A stretch of 64,000 nt of DNA, taken from contig JBEKKK010000001.1 of NCBI GenBank assembly GCA_050010755.1, forward strand, positions 800,001-864,000, given 5' to 3'. The stretch comes from Candidatus Bathyarchaeia archaeon (GTDB taxonomy: Archaea; Thermoproteota; Bathyarchaeia; Bathyarchaeales; Bathycorpusculaceae). Of this stretch, positions 28,970-39,780 are shown piece after piece (positions within the stretch are counted from its first letter, which is position 1; each line of letters opens with the position of its first letter). Both the position numbers and the translations under genes were made by a program. The notes beneath the pieces were generated by a model, which was given only the letters and a program-made list of their open reading frames with translations, did not search any database and was not told where the DNA came from.

Positions 28970-29614
28970 TTAAGGCTTCAGCCACCAGTCAGGCAGACTG
29001 ACAGTGAGATTCCAGCCTAACTTCTTTGCGCTCTCATTGACAGCTTTCGGCACCCCCGTGAGGTTCCAATAATCATGTCCTCCAATAATCCCGTCGGGCT
29101 TCAGAAGTTGAATATATTTCTCAATATCGTTCAAAACAAATTCGTATGAATGATTGCCATCAACATAAACGAAGTCCAGCTCCTCAGAAATCTTGCCCAC
29201 TGCTTCATCAGAGCTCAACTTTATAAACTCAAGTTTATCCTTATACTTCTCCAACTTCCGCACAGCTATATTGCAGCTATCAACATATTGCGTAATAACC
29301 CCCCCATCCGAATATGGAATGTAGGGGTCAATTAGGAAAAGTTTCCTGATGTTCAATTCCTCACATATGCTCAAGGCATTATCTCCAGAGGCGACTCCTA
29401 TTTCCGCACCCACAAACACGCGCTCAAAAGATCTATTCTTGAGAAAGACAGTGAACGGTCTAGGAGTCTCAGCAAAAACGCTGTGAATCCATTCTGAATG
29501 TTTCACATAGTCCTCATATAGCTTCGGAGCAATCAACTGGACAATTCTGTGACGAAATTGCATAGTCGACTTTCTTTCAGATAGGAGAAAATCGGCGGCC
29601 TGCATAACAGACAA
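28970..29614 (-). CDS. Class I SAM-dependent methyltransferase (Methyltransf_24-like)
   Basis: AEIGVASG, IDPY, DFVYVDGNHSY and GGHDY. Confidence 0.9.
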   Translation of the reverse strand: MSVMQAADFLLSERKSTMQFRHRIVQLIAPKLYEDYVKHSEWIHSVFAETPRPFTVFLKNRSFERVFVGAEIGVASGDNALSICEELNIRKLFLIDPYIPYSDGGVITQYVDSCNIAVRKLEKYKDKLEFIKLSSDEAVGKISEELDFVYVDGNHSYEFVLNDIEKYIQLLKPDGIIGGHDYWNLTGVPKAVNESAKKLGWNLTVSLPDWWLKP

Positions 29615-29729
29615 TCCTTCTTTCCAGTTGAGACCATCATTAATAGCTATAGTTTATGAATCCACAATCTACTTTTCAAATCGTTAGTGCTTCAAGCGCG
29701 TGCGGACATAGAAAAGAAAAAGAGAAGTT

Positions 29730-30398
29730 CTAGTAGTAGTAGGTTATTGTTACTGTTTGTGTTGCCTCACCGCTTAGGTTCTCGTTTCCCACGCCGACGG
29801 TTATGTTTGAAGAGGGTAGAATGGGAAAGCTTGCCGTTCCGTTTGTGCCTAAGTCTGCCTGATTGCTATAGCTAACACCATATGCTGAGTATTCTGTGCG
29901 AGCCCATGCGTCGGCTGACGCTGATGAGACGTTGATGGTGACGTATCCTGCGTAGCTTGCCGGGAACGTCCAATTGTACCAAGCAATGCCCATTCCCCCT
30001 GCTGGTTCACTCACGGTTTCGTTGTTAACCCATATTGAAGAGGAAGAAAGGCTAAGAAGCCCATTTAGGGTCGTTATGTTTGCTGCTAGATTCGTATTGT
30101 TCTCAGTCAATGCGACTATTTGGCTTGTTGAAAAAACTTGAAGTTCGTTTATAGTCGCGTTCAGCTCAGAGATTACGGTGTTTACGGGTAGACTGCTGTT
30201 ACCTTCCTCTGTCCAATTGGTGTCTATAAAAGATATCAGACTGGTTAGTTGACCGTTTACAGTGTTCAGTTGATTGTTTTTGTCGTGGATTGTTATCATG
30301 TAATATGCAATTATTCCGCCTAGCGCGGCTACTAATAGAAAACAGATTATTACGAGTCCCAAAGTGGAGCGTTTCATACTTGTTTTCTTTTTGTTCAT
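29730..30398 (-). CDS. Membrane-anchored surface protein (coiled-coil stalk plus beta domain)
   Basis: N-terminal TM segment, heptad-like N/L-rich stalk and numerous sequons. Confidence 0.75.
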   Translation of the reverse strand: MNKKKTSMKRSTLGLVIICFLLVAALGGIIAYYMITIHDKNNQLNTVNGQLTSLISFIDTNWTEEGNSSLPVNTVISELNATINELQVFSTSQIVALTENNTNLAANITTLNGLLSLSSSSIWVNNETVSEPAGGMGIAWYNWTFPASYAGYVTINVSSASADAWARTEYSAYGVSYSNQADLGTNGTASFPILPSSNITVGVGNENLSGEATQTVTITYYY

Positions 30399-30626
30399 CC
30401 ATGAATCACTGGTTCATCTTCTGTTGCCGTGCTGATTAAAGATTTCTGTATTTTAGCTGGAGCGCCGCCAGATACGACGACGAGAGCCTGATGCGAGAAC
30501 TGGAATAGAAAAAACGGTTCTTGTAACTCAGGGGCTTAAAGAAGTTGTTAAGTGCCCTGTTTTTGTTGAATTGGCGGAGAATTCTTTATTTCATGGATGA
30601 AGGTAGTTATTTGACGGTGTCGATAT

Positions 30627-31343
30627 TTGCGAAAATGGTTTTCAGATGTCACACTTACGTTGAGGGAATCTCTAAAACCTGAAAAGGACGAGCTGGTTCC
30701 TCCTATGAAGCTTCGACACATAATAGGTCTGGACAATTTCAAGGTGGACCGAGCGGAAATGCTTGCAAAAAATCTCGATTTGAGGAATGTTAATTCGATT
30801 CTGGATGTTGGTTGTGGTTGCGGAAGCTTGTCGTACTCGTTAATTCGGTACCACAATTTTCAAGGGAAATATGAAGGATTTGACATAATCAAAGATTTCA
30901 TTGATTGGCTGCAACAACACTACACTACAAAATATCCAAACTTCCATTTTACCTTTGCACCTCTTTCCAACAACAACTATGTTCGTGGAGGGGAAAGCGC
31001 TGGAGCCTACACTTTTCCTTATCCAAACGGAATGTTTGATGCGGTTTTTCTGGGCTCTGTTTTCACACACATGCTACCAGCAGATCTGGAACATTATTTG
31101 TCAGAAATAGTTCGTGTAATGAAAAGTCACGGTACGAGCTTCATCAGTTACTTTTTTGAATCAGGTCGAAGGAAAGATTTCATTCGTGTTGGTCAATACA
31201 GCACGAGAAATCCAAAATGTCCAGAGGAAGCAATTGCTTACGATGAAAACTTCATCCTAAGGCTCTACGAGAACGTTGGTCTGAGAGCCACGCGGCCAGT
31301 CATTTATGGCGCGCAGGACTGGATTATCGCAGAAAAAGTGTAG
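30627..31343 (+). CDS. Class I SAM-dependent methyltransferase
   Basis: ILDVGCGCG and FD.VFLGSVFTH. Confidence 0.9.
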   Translation: MRKWFSDVTLTLRESLKPEKDELVPPMKLRHIIGLDNFKVDRAEMLAKNLDLRNVNSILDVGCGCGSLSYSLIRYHNFQGKYEGFDIIKDFIDWLQQHYTTKYPNFHFTFAPLSNNNYVRGGESAGAYTFPYPNGMFDAVFLGSVFTHMLPADLEHYLSEIVRVMKSHGTSFISYFFESGRRKDFIRVGQYSTRNPKCPEEAIAYDENFILRLYENVGLRATRPVIYGAQDWIIAEKV

Positions 31344-31574
31344 TGAGAATTTGAATGTTAGACATAGTCAACGGAGACTTCCATGGCCCGTTCTTCTCGT
31401 TTGAGTATATTTCGATTTCTCACTTTTCCAGATGTTATATCGAAAAGCATTGATGACTGACTGATATCTGGCCCTAACCGATTGACAATAAATATAAACT
31501 GGTCATCTTATAATTTGAACCGCAAAAATCGGATGGGAATTCCAGATGAACCGATTTCTAGATTTCATGGTGAG

Positions 31575-32651
31575 ATGATGAAAAGGATCCTCGTTACAGG
31601 CGTAGGCGGACCTGCAGGAATAAACTTCGTAAAATCGATTCAGTTGGCACCCGAGAAAATCTTCATTGTTGGAACCGAAGCCAACGAGTATTTCCTCCAC
31701 CTTGCAACCACTGAAAGGAAATACCATGTTCCTAAGGCCGCAGAAAGTGGGTACATTGACTCTTTGAATGAAATCGTAAAGAAAGAGCGGGTTGAATTTC
31801 TTCACGCTCAGCCCGATGCCGAAGTTGAAGTCATCTCTGAGAATCGTGAAAAATTGGAGACCAACGTCTTTCTTCCCTCAAAGAAGGCTGTTCAGGCGTG
31901 TCAGGACAAGCTGAAAGCTGCAAGACTCTGGGCCAAGAGAGGTGTTCCAGTTGCGAAGTTCAAGGAGTTAAGCAAAGAATCAGACGTTGACGCGGCCTTT
32001 GAGGAATTCGGAAGCCCGATATGGATAAGGGCCACGCACGGAGCTGGAGGAGTTGGAAGCACTCCAGCGAACAACAGGGAAACAGCAATCTCGTGGATAA
32101 ACTATTGGAAGGCTCGTAACGTGACCTGGAAATTCATCGCCCAGGAGCATCTGCCTGGAAGGAACATGGCCTTTCACAGTCTGTGGAAGAAGGGCGAACT
32201 CGTCATGTCTATGGCTCGAGAACGGCTTGAATACATTTACCCTCACCTCGCTCCATCTGGGATAACAGGCACTCCCGCAGTTCAAAAAACAGTTCACGAT
32301 GCTACTGTGAACAAGCTAGGCACAGATGCTGTTCTGTCCATAGATGAAAAATTCAACGGAATCGCATGCGTGGACTTGAAAGAGAACAATGAAGGCGTGC
32401 CCTGCGTCACAGAAATCAACGCTGGAAGAATGTTCACAACCTCATTCTTCTTTTCGTATGCGAGCAAAGCACTGCGAGGAGACTACGCGGGGAACATTCC
32501 GTATCTTTACATCAAGCTTGCGTTCAAAGAAGAAATCCCCAACATTTCAAAATACAACATCCTGCCCTCGAACATATATTGGATCCGACACATTGACGCA
32601 CCGGCAAGGCTCGTGAAAGACCAGAAGGTCATCGGAGAAATGTACAAGTGA
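31575..32651 (+). CDS. ATP-grasp protein (carboxylate-amine ligase-like)
   Basis: ILVTGVGGPAG, CQDK, QEHLPG, VDLKE and TEINAGR; GGTGA RBS. Confidence 0.88.
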   Translation: MMKRILVTGVGGPAGINFVKSIQLAPEKIFIVGTEANEYFLHLATTERKYHVPKAAESGYIDSLNEIVKKERVEFLHAQPDAEVEVISENREKLETNVFLPSKKAVQACQDKLKAARLWAKRGVPVAKFKELSKESDVDAAFEEFGSPIWIRATHGAGGVGSTPANNRETAISWINYWKARNVTWKFIAQEHLPGRNMAFHSLWKKGELVMSMARERLEYIYPHLAPSGITGTPAVQKTVHDATVNKLGTDAVLSIDEKFNGIACVDLKENNEGVPCVTEINAGRMFTTSFFFSYASKALRGDYAGNIPYLYIKLAFKEEIPNISKYNILPSNIYWIRHIDAPARLVKDQKVIGEMYK

Positions 32652-33142
32652 TTAAAGCCGTCGTTTTTGATCTCGACGGAACGCTGATAAACCTGCCAAT
32701 CGATTACGAGGGACTTTTTCGGAGATTCAGCCGAATCCTCAACACTGACGATGTGCGTCCTCTGGCAAAGACTGTGGCAGGACTGGACGAGAAAACGAGA
32801 AAAAAAATCTTTGAGATCTGGGACGAGGAAGAGCTTGCTTTGAAAGATAAAATCACAATCAAGGATGAAGGGGTGGCTCTCTACAAGAAATATGCCACCA
32901 TGCCCAAAGCGCTTGTAACAATGCAGGGAAAAGCCTTGGTGCAAACGGTTCTCAAACCGTTAGGTCTGGTTTTCAAGCTAGCGATTACAAGGGAAAACAG
33001 TCTTGACAGAGCCGAACAACTCAAGATGGTCATCCAGAAGGTGAAGGTGAACCCCGAAAACCTCTTGTTCGTCGGGAACACTGATGGAGACCTTCACGCG
33101 GCTGAAAAGGTCAAGTGCCAATTCTTGAGGGTCGAACAATGA
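32648..33142 (+). CDS. HAD-superfamily hydrolase
   Basis: FDLDGTL motif I and FVGN..GD motif IV. Confidence 0.88.
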   Translation: MIKAVVFDLDGTLINLPIDYEGLFRRFSRILNTDDVRPLAKTVAGLDEKTRKKIFEIWDEEELALKDKITIKDEGVALYKKYATMPKALVTMQGKALVQTVLKPLGLVFKLAITRENSLDRAEQLKMVIQKVKVNPENLLFVGNTDGDLHAAEKVKCQFLRVEQ

Positions 33143-34134
33143 GAGTTTGGTACGATGCGTGCACCGGAAAACACGTGAGGTACGGAACAGCTATTGCAAA
33201 ACGCCTCAATGACGTGGGGCACGAAGTTGTTTTGACTACCCGGGAGCATCCAGACACCTTGCCCATGGTGAAGTATCTGAATGAGAAGTTCATCACGATT
33301 GGAAAATACAACCCTGAGTCATTGTTGACGAGGCTCAAGGAGGGCGTGAAACGTCAGCTCCTCTTCTGTAAACTCTTCCAAGAAAGCGCGGCTACACCAA
33401 GTATCGCCATCTCGCACTGCTCTGTTGACCAGTGTAGGGTGGCATTTGGCCTCGGAATTCCAATTATCGTAACCATGGATACTCCTTACGCTGATGCAGT
33501 CAACAGGCTAACCCTGCCTATCGCAGATTACATTGTTGCCTCGAAAGCTATTCCCAAAGAACTTTTGGACAATTACAACGTCAAGGCAAAAATAATGCAG
33601 TTTGACGGAGCTGACGAAGTTGCTTGGATTAAGGGCTTCAAGTCTCGCGTAAAGTATGATTTTGGAAAGCCGCTCATCGTGGTCAGACAGGTCGAAGAAA
33701 AGGCGGCGTACACAAACGCGAAAGTGGACATGCTTGCTTTAGCAAAGAAGCTCACTCGTCTCGGCACCGTTGTTTTCCTGTCCAGATACAATCGTGAAAG
33801 GGTAAAAGACTTGATAGTTCCGAAAGGATTCGTCGACTCAGCAAGCCTGATGGCAGAAGCAGACCTATTTGTTGGTGTCGGCGGAACCATAACCAGAGAA
33901 GCAGCGTTACAGGGAACACCTGCCATCATCATTAAGCTGTACCCAGAGCAGCATGTAAACGACTTTCTGGCCGCAAGAGGCTTCCCGATATTCAAGACGG
34001 ACGCATCAGAAGCGCCGAAGCTTGCCCAGAAACTCTTGGGTGAAAAACGAAATGTCCGGCACCTATTAGACAAACTCGAAAACCCTGTTGATGTGATTGA
34101 AAAGATAGTGGAGGATCATGCCCATGAAAATTAA
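33139..34134 (+). CDS. DUF354 family GT-B glycosyltransferase-like protein
   Basis: VWYD...KH, AFGLGIP and GGTITREAALQGTP. Confidence 0.85.
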   Translation: MRVWYDACTGKHVRYGTAIAKRLNDVGHEVVLTTREHPDTLPMVKYLNEKFITIGKYNPESLLTRLKEGVKRQLLFCKLFQESAATPSIAISHCSVDQCRVAFGLGIPIIVTMDTPYADAVNRLTLPIADYIVASKAIPKELLDNYNVKAKIMQFDGADEVAWIKGFKSRVKYDFGKPLIVVRQVEEKAAYTNAKVDMLALAKKLTRLGTVVFLSRYNRERVKDLIVPKGFVDSASLMAEADLFVGVGGTITREAALQGTPAIIIKLYPEQHVNDFLAARGFPIFKTDASEAPKLAQKLLGEKRNVRHLLDKLENPVDVIEKIVEDHAHEN

Positions 34135-35143
34135 GGGAAGCACTGTACTCATCACCGGAGGAGCTGGTTTCATCGGCTCCCATCTCGCAAATGAGTATTT
34201 AGAGAACGGAGCGGGGAAAGTCATCGTGTTTGATGATTTCTCGACAGGATCTATGAAAAACATCGAACATCTTAAACGTAGGAAGCTCACGGTTGTGAAA
34301 GGCTCCATATTGAACGCTAAGCTGCTCGAACAAACTGTTAAGAAGGAAGAAGTCAAAATCGTCGATCACGAAGCTGCAGAACTCGAAGTTTACACGGGGA
34401 TAAGAAATTCCCTCAGAGACGCAAGAATAAACATCTTTGGCACGCTGAACGTCTTGAACACTGCTCTGAAGAACAAAGTCGATAAAGTCCTCTTTGCTTC
34501 CTCAGGAGCGGTCTACGGAGAGGCCGAATACCTGCCAGTCGACGAGAGCCATCCATTAACGCCACATTGGCCCTACGGGGTAAGCAAACTGAGCGGAGAA
34601 CGTTACTGCGTACAGTACTACAGGCTGTACGGTTTGGACACGACATCATTCAGGTATAGCATAGTATATGGTCCAAGAGAATGGTACGGCAGAGTCTTGA
34701 CTATGTTCATGAAGCGAATTTTCTTTGGAAACAAGCCACCGATTGTCTTCGGAAATGGAGAACAGGTTCGCGACTTCGTCTACGTGGAAGACCTTGTAAA
34801 AGCTCACGTCAAAGCGATTGAAAACTCGCGAGCGGCAGGCGAAGTGTTCAACCTCTCCAGTGGAAAAGGGATATCTATAAAAGAATTGGCTGAAACTCTA
34901 ATCGGGCTCTCAGGAAAGAAACTCAGAATTGTTTTCGATGACCCACCTGAAGGCAAAGCCTCCAGGTTCCAGCCAGAGCGGGTACGGCTGAAAGGTGAAT
35001 TAAGGAGGTTCGTTCTTGGCAATGACAAAGCAAAAGAAATGCTAGACTGGAGACCTTTAACAAGTTTTGAGAATGGCGTTTCAAAAGAACTGGAGTGGCT
35101 AAAGCAAAATCAGGAAAGGTGGAAGGTCAAGCCAAGAGTATAG
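34118..35143 (+). CDS. NAD-dependent epimerase/dehydratase
   Basis: TGGAGFIGS, SSGAVYG, YGVSK and RDFVYV. Confidence 0.93.
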   Translation: MPMKIKGSTVLITGGAGFIGSHLANEYLENGAGKVIVFDDFSTGSMKNIEHLKRRKLTVVKGSILNAKLLEQTVKKEEVKIVDHEAAELEVYTGIRNSLRDARINIFGTLNVLNTALKNKVDKVLFASSGAVYGEAEYLPVDESHPLTPHWPYGVSKLSGERYCVQYYRLYGLDTTSFRYSIVYGPREWYGRVLTMFMKRIFFGNKPPIVFGNGEQVRDFVYVEDLVKAHVKAIENSRAAGEVFNLSSGKGISIKELAETLIGLSGKKLRIVFDDPPEGKASRFQPERVRLKGELRRFVLGNDKAKEMLDWRPLTSFENGVSKELEWLKQNQERWKVKPRV

Positions 35144-35363
35144 TTTTGAGGCGTGAGGAATGCAAGAGCGCTGTGCAACTTTTCAGCTGTTGCCACAAAG
35201 TGTATATTTTTAACTAGTTTGATGCGTCTTCTTTTCTCAGTGAGAAGCTAGCCACCAGCATGATCAAATAACACGTCTTGATCATAGACTTGGTTGAAAT
35301 GGCGTGCTTATCGAAGAAAACTACAAGGTAAGGCTCGACAGGCCACTGTCGTGGGCGTACGAG

Positions 35364-36810
35364 TCACATTTCTGGTGCGTGCGAGCGCCGTACTCTGCGT
35401 CCGACCTCGTGCCGAACAAGACTGATACGCTTCCGAATACTAGACCGGACAAACGCATCGTAGAATTGCTGTCGAAAAGCTAAGACATCCTCGCTTTTTA
35501 GCCAAGGCGTATCGAGCAGCATGCTTTCCTGTAAAGCATTGTCAGCTTCAACTCTACAGAAATCAATGTTTTTCATGTATCCTTTTTGTGAAGCTAATTC
35601 GTGCAATTCAGTTTTTGGAAAAGGTACAGCGGCAAACACTCCCACTTCATCGAGCTCTGACCTGCGTGCAAAATCTAAACTGCACTGCATGCTCTCTAAA
35701 GTCTCTCCAGGCATCCCCAACACGAAATATCCTTCTGTCTTAATACCAAGTTTCTTGCAATCTCTAATCACCTGTTCAGCTTTCTCCAAGTTAAGTGGTT
35801 TATGAATAATGTCTAGCAAAACATGAGGATCTGCAGATTCAATAGCCAAGTTCAAACTACGGCATCCAGCTTTTTTCATTAGCTCCAGCAATTCACGGTT
35901 AAGAGTAATCACTGAAACACCGTTAGGAGTGTCCCATGACAAATCAAGCTTTTCGTTGATCATCATTTCACAGAGAGCGACCATGCGTTTACGACTCAGA
36001 GTTAGGTTGTCGTCGTCAAAACTGACTTCAGAACATTTGTATTTCTCCTTCATTTCTTTAAGTTCGTCAACAACGTTTTCTGGGCTTCTTGCCCGCCACT
36101 TGAAGCCCCATTGAGTATGAATACTGCAGAATGCGCAATGATTAGGGCAGCCTCTTGAGAAATTAGACTGTTCCGATGAACATTGTGCACACCAAATCTT
36201 CCATACAAACGTGGCTTTTTAGAGGCGAAATAGCGTGGGAACAAATGTCTAGCAGGGAAAGTAGACTGTCAAGATCTTCAATGAACTTGGTCTTAGGATT
36301 AATGTGAATTTGTCCATCTTCCTTGTAACCAAAGCCATCTATTACACGATGAGATTTACCGTTCATTAAATCTAGCATTGTCTGTTCTCCTTCACCCAAC
36401 ACAGCAAAATCCACTTCGGAATTGGCTAAGACCTCCTTAGTCTGCACTGTCGGCTGAATACCACCCAAAACTACTGGAATTTCGGGATCAATTTCCTTAA
36501 CAAGCTTTGCAACGTGTAAAGCATTGGGAAAACGACTGCTAAAAAGACAGGTAACCCCTACAATGTCAGGCTTACAACCTTCAATCTTATCTTTAATTCC
36601 GTTCCAAGACAAACCAAGTGTGAGCAAGTCTCCATTCAAAACCTGTTGGTCTTTTCCATCCATTTGCGCGTCAATCACACTTACGTCGTACCCGTCACGC
36701 AACAGAACAGAAGCAAGATAAGCCAAGCCTAAGGGCAAAACAGGTATAACATCAATCAACTTCTTGTTTGCTTTAAGACTTCGCGGCGGATTAACTAGAC
36801 AAACACGCAT
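35364..36810 (-). pseudogene. B12-binding radical SAM protein (class B methyltransferase-like) split by two single-base deletions
   Basis: Adding one base near 36260 and one near 36158 gives ...DLDSLPFPARHLFP...ISSRGCPNHCAFCS...RSPENVVDELKEMKE... Could be a real pseudogene or an assembly error. Confidence 0.85.
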
Positions 36811-37224
36811 TTTTCCGTTTCCTCCCCAACCGCACGTCGCTCTCCGAAGCAAGAAGCAGATAAAACCCAAAGCGCAGGCCACGCAAAACATGCTTCTGAG
36901 TCGGGTCGCCTATTGCAGCGTAGCTGAAACAATTTGAAAGGTTCAAACATACCCGACCATGACAAACTTGGATTACAGCGTCTAATGCAAGAACAGGAAG
37001 CGATTTCCTCAGCCTCTGATTGCATACGGAACAGCTTGCTAGGCAGCTGATATTTTGTTTATGAAATCTCTTATATAAACATTCAGAGTTCACAATTCGC
37101 ATTCGCGACGGTTTGCGGCGGTACAGAAAGAGCGCGCTCAACTTCAACGTTTAATGCTGATCTGAGGAATTTTAGCGCGCACACAACGTGTGGCCGTGGA
37201 AGAAAAGACCATTAATTCAGCCGT

Positions 37225-38709
37225 TCAATCGGGCGCACCTGCGGCTTCCCCACTCGTTTTCGCTCTCGCCCTATTGATCCATCCGTACAGCCTAAGAAGC
37301 GGGTATTTTATGATTTTGGGCAGATTGTCTATTACATTTCTGTGTAAGTTGAGTCTGGCCGCAATCTTGCCCCTATTCGTCAAGGGTATGTAGTAACGTG
37401 TCAACTCAAATCTAGAAAATCCGTTGCTTTCCTTGAACTTGTCCAGAGAGGGATGATTGCCCATTCGGCCGTACATGATCCAACTAGGCCCCCTTTTTGT
37501 GCAGACCTCAACTACTTTTGCGATTAACGCGTTATTTACAGCCTTGTCCCAATACTTCTGAAGTGAGAGTATTTGAGAGGTTATTTCCACGTTTTCGCCG
37601 TCGACGAGTTGTATGAATCCCACGAGTTCGTCGTGCAAGTAGGCTCCGATGTAGGTGAAATTGTCAGCGGAACTCAAGATTTTCGAAACCTGATCGAGAG
37701 TAGTTCCGAAGTGTGGAAAACTCCTATCTTGTCTAATCGGTGTTTCATTGTATATTTTCCAAACACCTTCAGCAAACTTCTTGTCGGGCTCGGCGATTCT
37801 CGTCAATATTTCACTTTTTTCTGCCTTTCTTATCATGTTGCGAGTCTTCTTGCCGATGCTCTCCTGCCATTCAGTGTAGTTGGTTACGTGGAGGAGCCCT
37901 ACGTTATCTTTCTCCCTGAGCCACTCTCTAGGTTCATCGCGGGCTGGTTGGCACCAGCGTCTTTCGATGAAAGTGAAGATGTCGACTCCTTTAGCCTTCA
38001 TGGTCTCGAGAAAATTCTCTGATGGATTAGCGTCTTTCTCATACTCTTTTGTATCATGGCCAGTCTTGAAGAAGAGTCTCTTCTGAACGGCCAAATTGTC
38101 AAAACGATTTTCGACTTCGAGAAGTTTCCTTAATGTTTCGAAATATGGGCCCCGTTGGTTTATCCTTCCACGTTGGAAAAGCCATATTGGATGAATATGA
38201 AGCACGTCACCATCTTCTATGTGTTTTCGAGCAATCAGGATGGCCTGCTCAGTTGCGCAAACATGGCATAGTGTGTCGAGATGCAACGTGGGAAACTGAT
38301 AGAATGATTGCAGCGGAAAGCCAGAGGGAATTGTGGGGGCTTTGAACTTCCACCGTCCCCATATGATTCTACCTATCAGACGAGCGGTTCCATGAATTGT
38401 ATAATATTTAATCTTTCTGCCAGTTGCTTTTTCCAGAAGTGCCAGATCCTTGTATGGGTCGTTTGCGATGTGGAGTGCAACCTCATGTCTCTCTTTCGGT
38501 AAGAGAGACAAAAGGGCCTGATCAGGAATGGTCTTCGGAGTGAAGAACCAATAAGCCATCACATCCTTCGTGGATTCATTAATCATTCTGGCGATAATTT
38601 TCGAGTTTTTCAGGTAGTCTGCTCCAACTTTAACACCAAACATCGTGTAGAGGGAACTTCGAATTCTCGAAGGGTAAGGATAGTCCACATCAATTCTTAA
38701 CTTTATCAA
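37225..38709 (-). CDS. Polysaccharide-deacetylase-like + GNAT/FemAB-like fusion
   Basis: N-terminal RIDVD, HEVALH, TIHG and HIHP; C-terminal GKKTRNMIRKAEK and LDKFKESNGF. Confidence 0.72.
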   Translation of the reverse strand: MIKLRIDVDYPYPSRIRSSLYTMFGVKVGADYLKNSKIIARMINESTKDVMAYWFFTPKTIPDQALLSLLPKERHEVALHIANDPYKDLALLEKATGRKIKYYTIHGTARLIGRIIWGRWKFKAPTIPSGFPLQSFYQFPTLHLDTLCHVCATEQAILIARKHIEDGDVLHIHPIWLFQRGRINQRGPYFETLRKLLEVENRFDNLAVQKRLFFKTGHDTKEYEKDANPSENFLETMKAKGVDIFTFIERRWCQPARDEPREWLREKDNVGLLHVTNYTEWQESIGKKTRNMIRKAEKSEILTRIAEPDKKFAEGVWKIYNETPIRQDRSFPHFGTTLDQVSKILSSADNFTYIGAYLHDELVGFIQLVDGENVEITSQILSLQKYWDKAVNNALIAKVVEVCTKRGPSWIMYGRMGNHPSLDKFKESNGFSRFELTRYYIPLTNRGKIAARLNLHRNVIDNLPKIIKYPLLRLYGWINRARAKTSGEAAGAPD

Positions 38710-38847
38710 TTCTGTCCCGCTGTGCCATTCCTGTTTGAAGAGATCATTTTTGTATATAAACTATCTTTTTGATGAATTGAACATTACCGTAAAGCAAGAA
38801 GAGTTAATAATGTTTCAGAGATATCGCAATTAAAGTAGGCAAAAAGA

Positions 38848-39687
38848 TTGAGTGTACTTCCTCAACCTGCTCAAGGGAAAGAACCTAATCCTCTCGTGAC
38901 TGTGGTTATTCCAACCCACAACTATGGCCAGTACATATCGCAGACCATTGAGAGCGTCTTGGAGCAAACCTACCGAGAAATTGAAGTTATTGTGGTAGAC
39001 GACGGTTCGACTGACAATACCAAAGAAATCGTGACCAACTACCCCTCAGTGTCCTACGTCTATCAGGAACACAAAGGCAACCTGACACCCGCGCGAGCGA
39101 TGAACGTTGGAATCAAACTCTCCCATGGCGCGTATATTTGTTGCATAGGAGCCGACGATGAAATTCTTCCAAAATACATAGAAAAATGTCTGTTCGAAAT
39201 TCGAAAGGATGATCGAATAGGTTTTGTCTGGACTGGAAAACAGGAATTCGGAGAATCCTGCCAAGTCTATTTGCCAAGGAAATTATGGTTTCGGTCAAGC
39301 TTTCTAGGAGGAGTTGGAGGCGCCCTGGGTACCATGCTCATGAGGAGAGAGGCATGTGTCGAAACTCCTTATGACGAAAGTCTTCATGGAAGGGAAGACT
39401 GGGATAAAGCGATTCGAATGATTGACAAGGGATGGAAATGGAGAACGATTAAAGAAACGCTCTATCTCGCTCGTGTGCACAAGAAAAACTTGACTCTGCT
39501 AGTCCACGAAGATATATATGTTCACGAGCTTGAAAAAAAGTACCCCCTAATGAGACCCTATTTAATGGTAAAGAGCTTCTTTAAAGCGACAGTGCTGCTG
39601 CTGAAAACCCCAAAAGTCTTTCTTTTGAAGCTTTGGAATAAGAGACTGTGCAAATACTTTAATTTGAGACCACTCTCACAAATATGA
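38848..39687 (+). CDS. GT2 glycosyltransferase
   Basis: VTVVIPTHN, VVDDGSTD, ADD and EDWD. Confidence 0.93.
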   Translation: MSVLPQPAQGKEPNPLVTVVIPTHNYGQYISQTIESVLEQTYREIEVIVVDDGSTDNTKEIVTNYPSVSYVYQEHKGNLTPARAMNVGIKLSHGAYICCIGADDEILPKYIEKCLFEIRKDDRIGFVWTGKQEFGESCQVYLPRKLWFRSSFLGGVGGALGTMLMRREACVETPYDESLHGREDWDKAIRMIDKGWKWRTIKETLYLARVHKKNLTLLVHEDIYVHELEKKYPLMRPYLMVKSFFKATVLLLKTPKVFLLKLWNKRLCKYFNLRPLSQI

Positions 39688-39780
39688 CTGGTTATCCGAC
39701 AAAAAGATTAGATTTAAGATGTTCGTCAGAATCCGAAATGAAGTTGACGGTGGCATTTACATCAGTGGAGAAGAATTTGA

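Noticed and set aside
36150-36265. Programmed frameshifting in the radical SAM gene
   Set aside because: It would need two successive shifts, and neither site is a canonical slippery heptamer.
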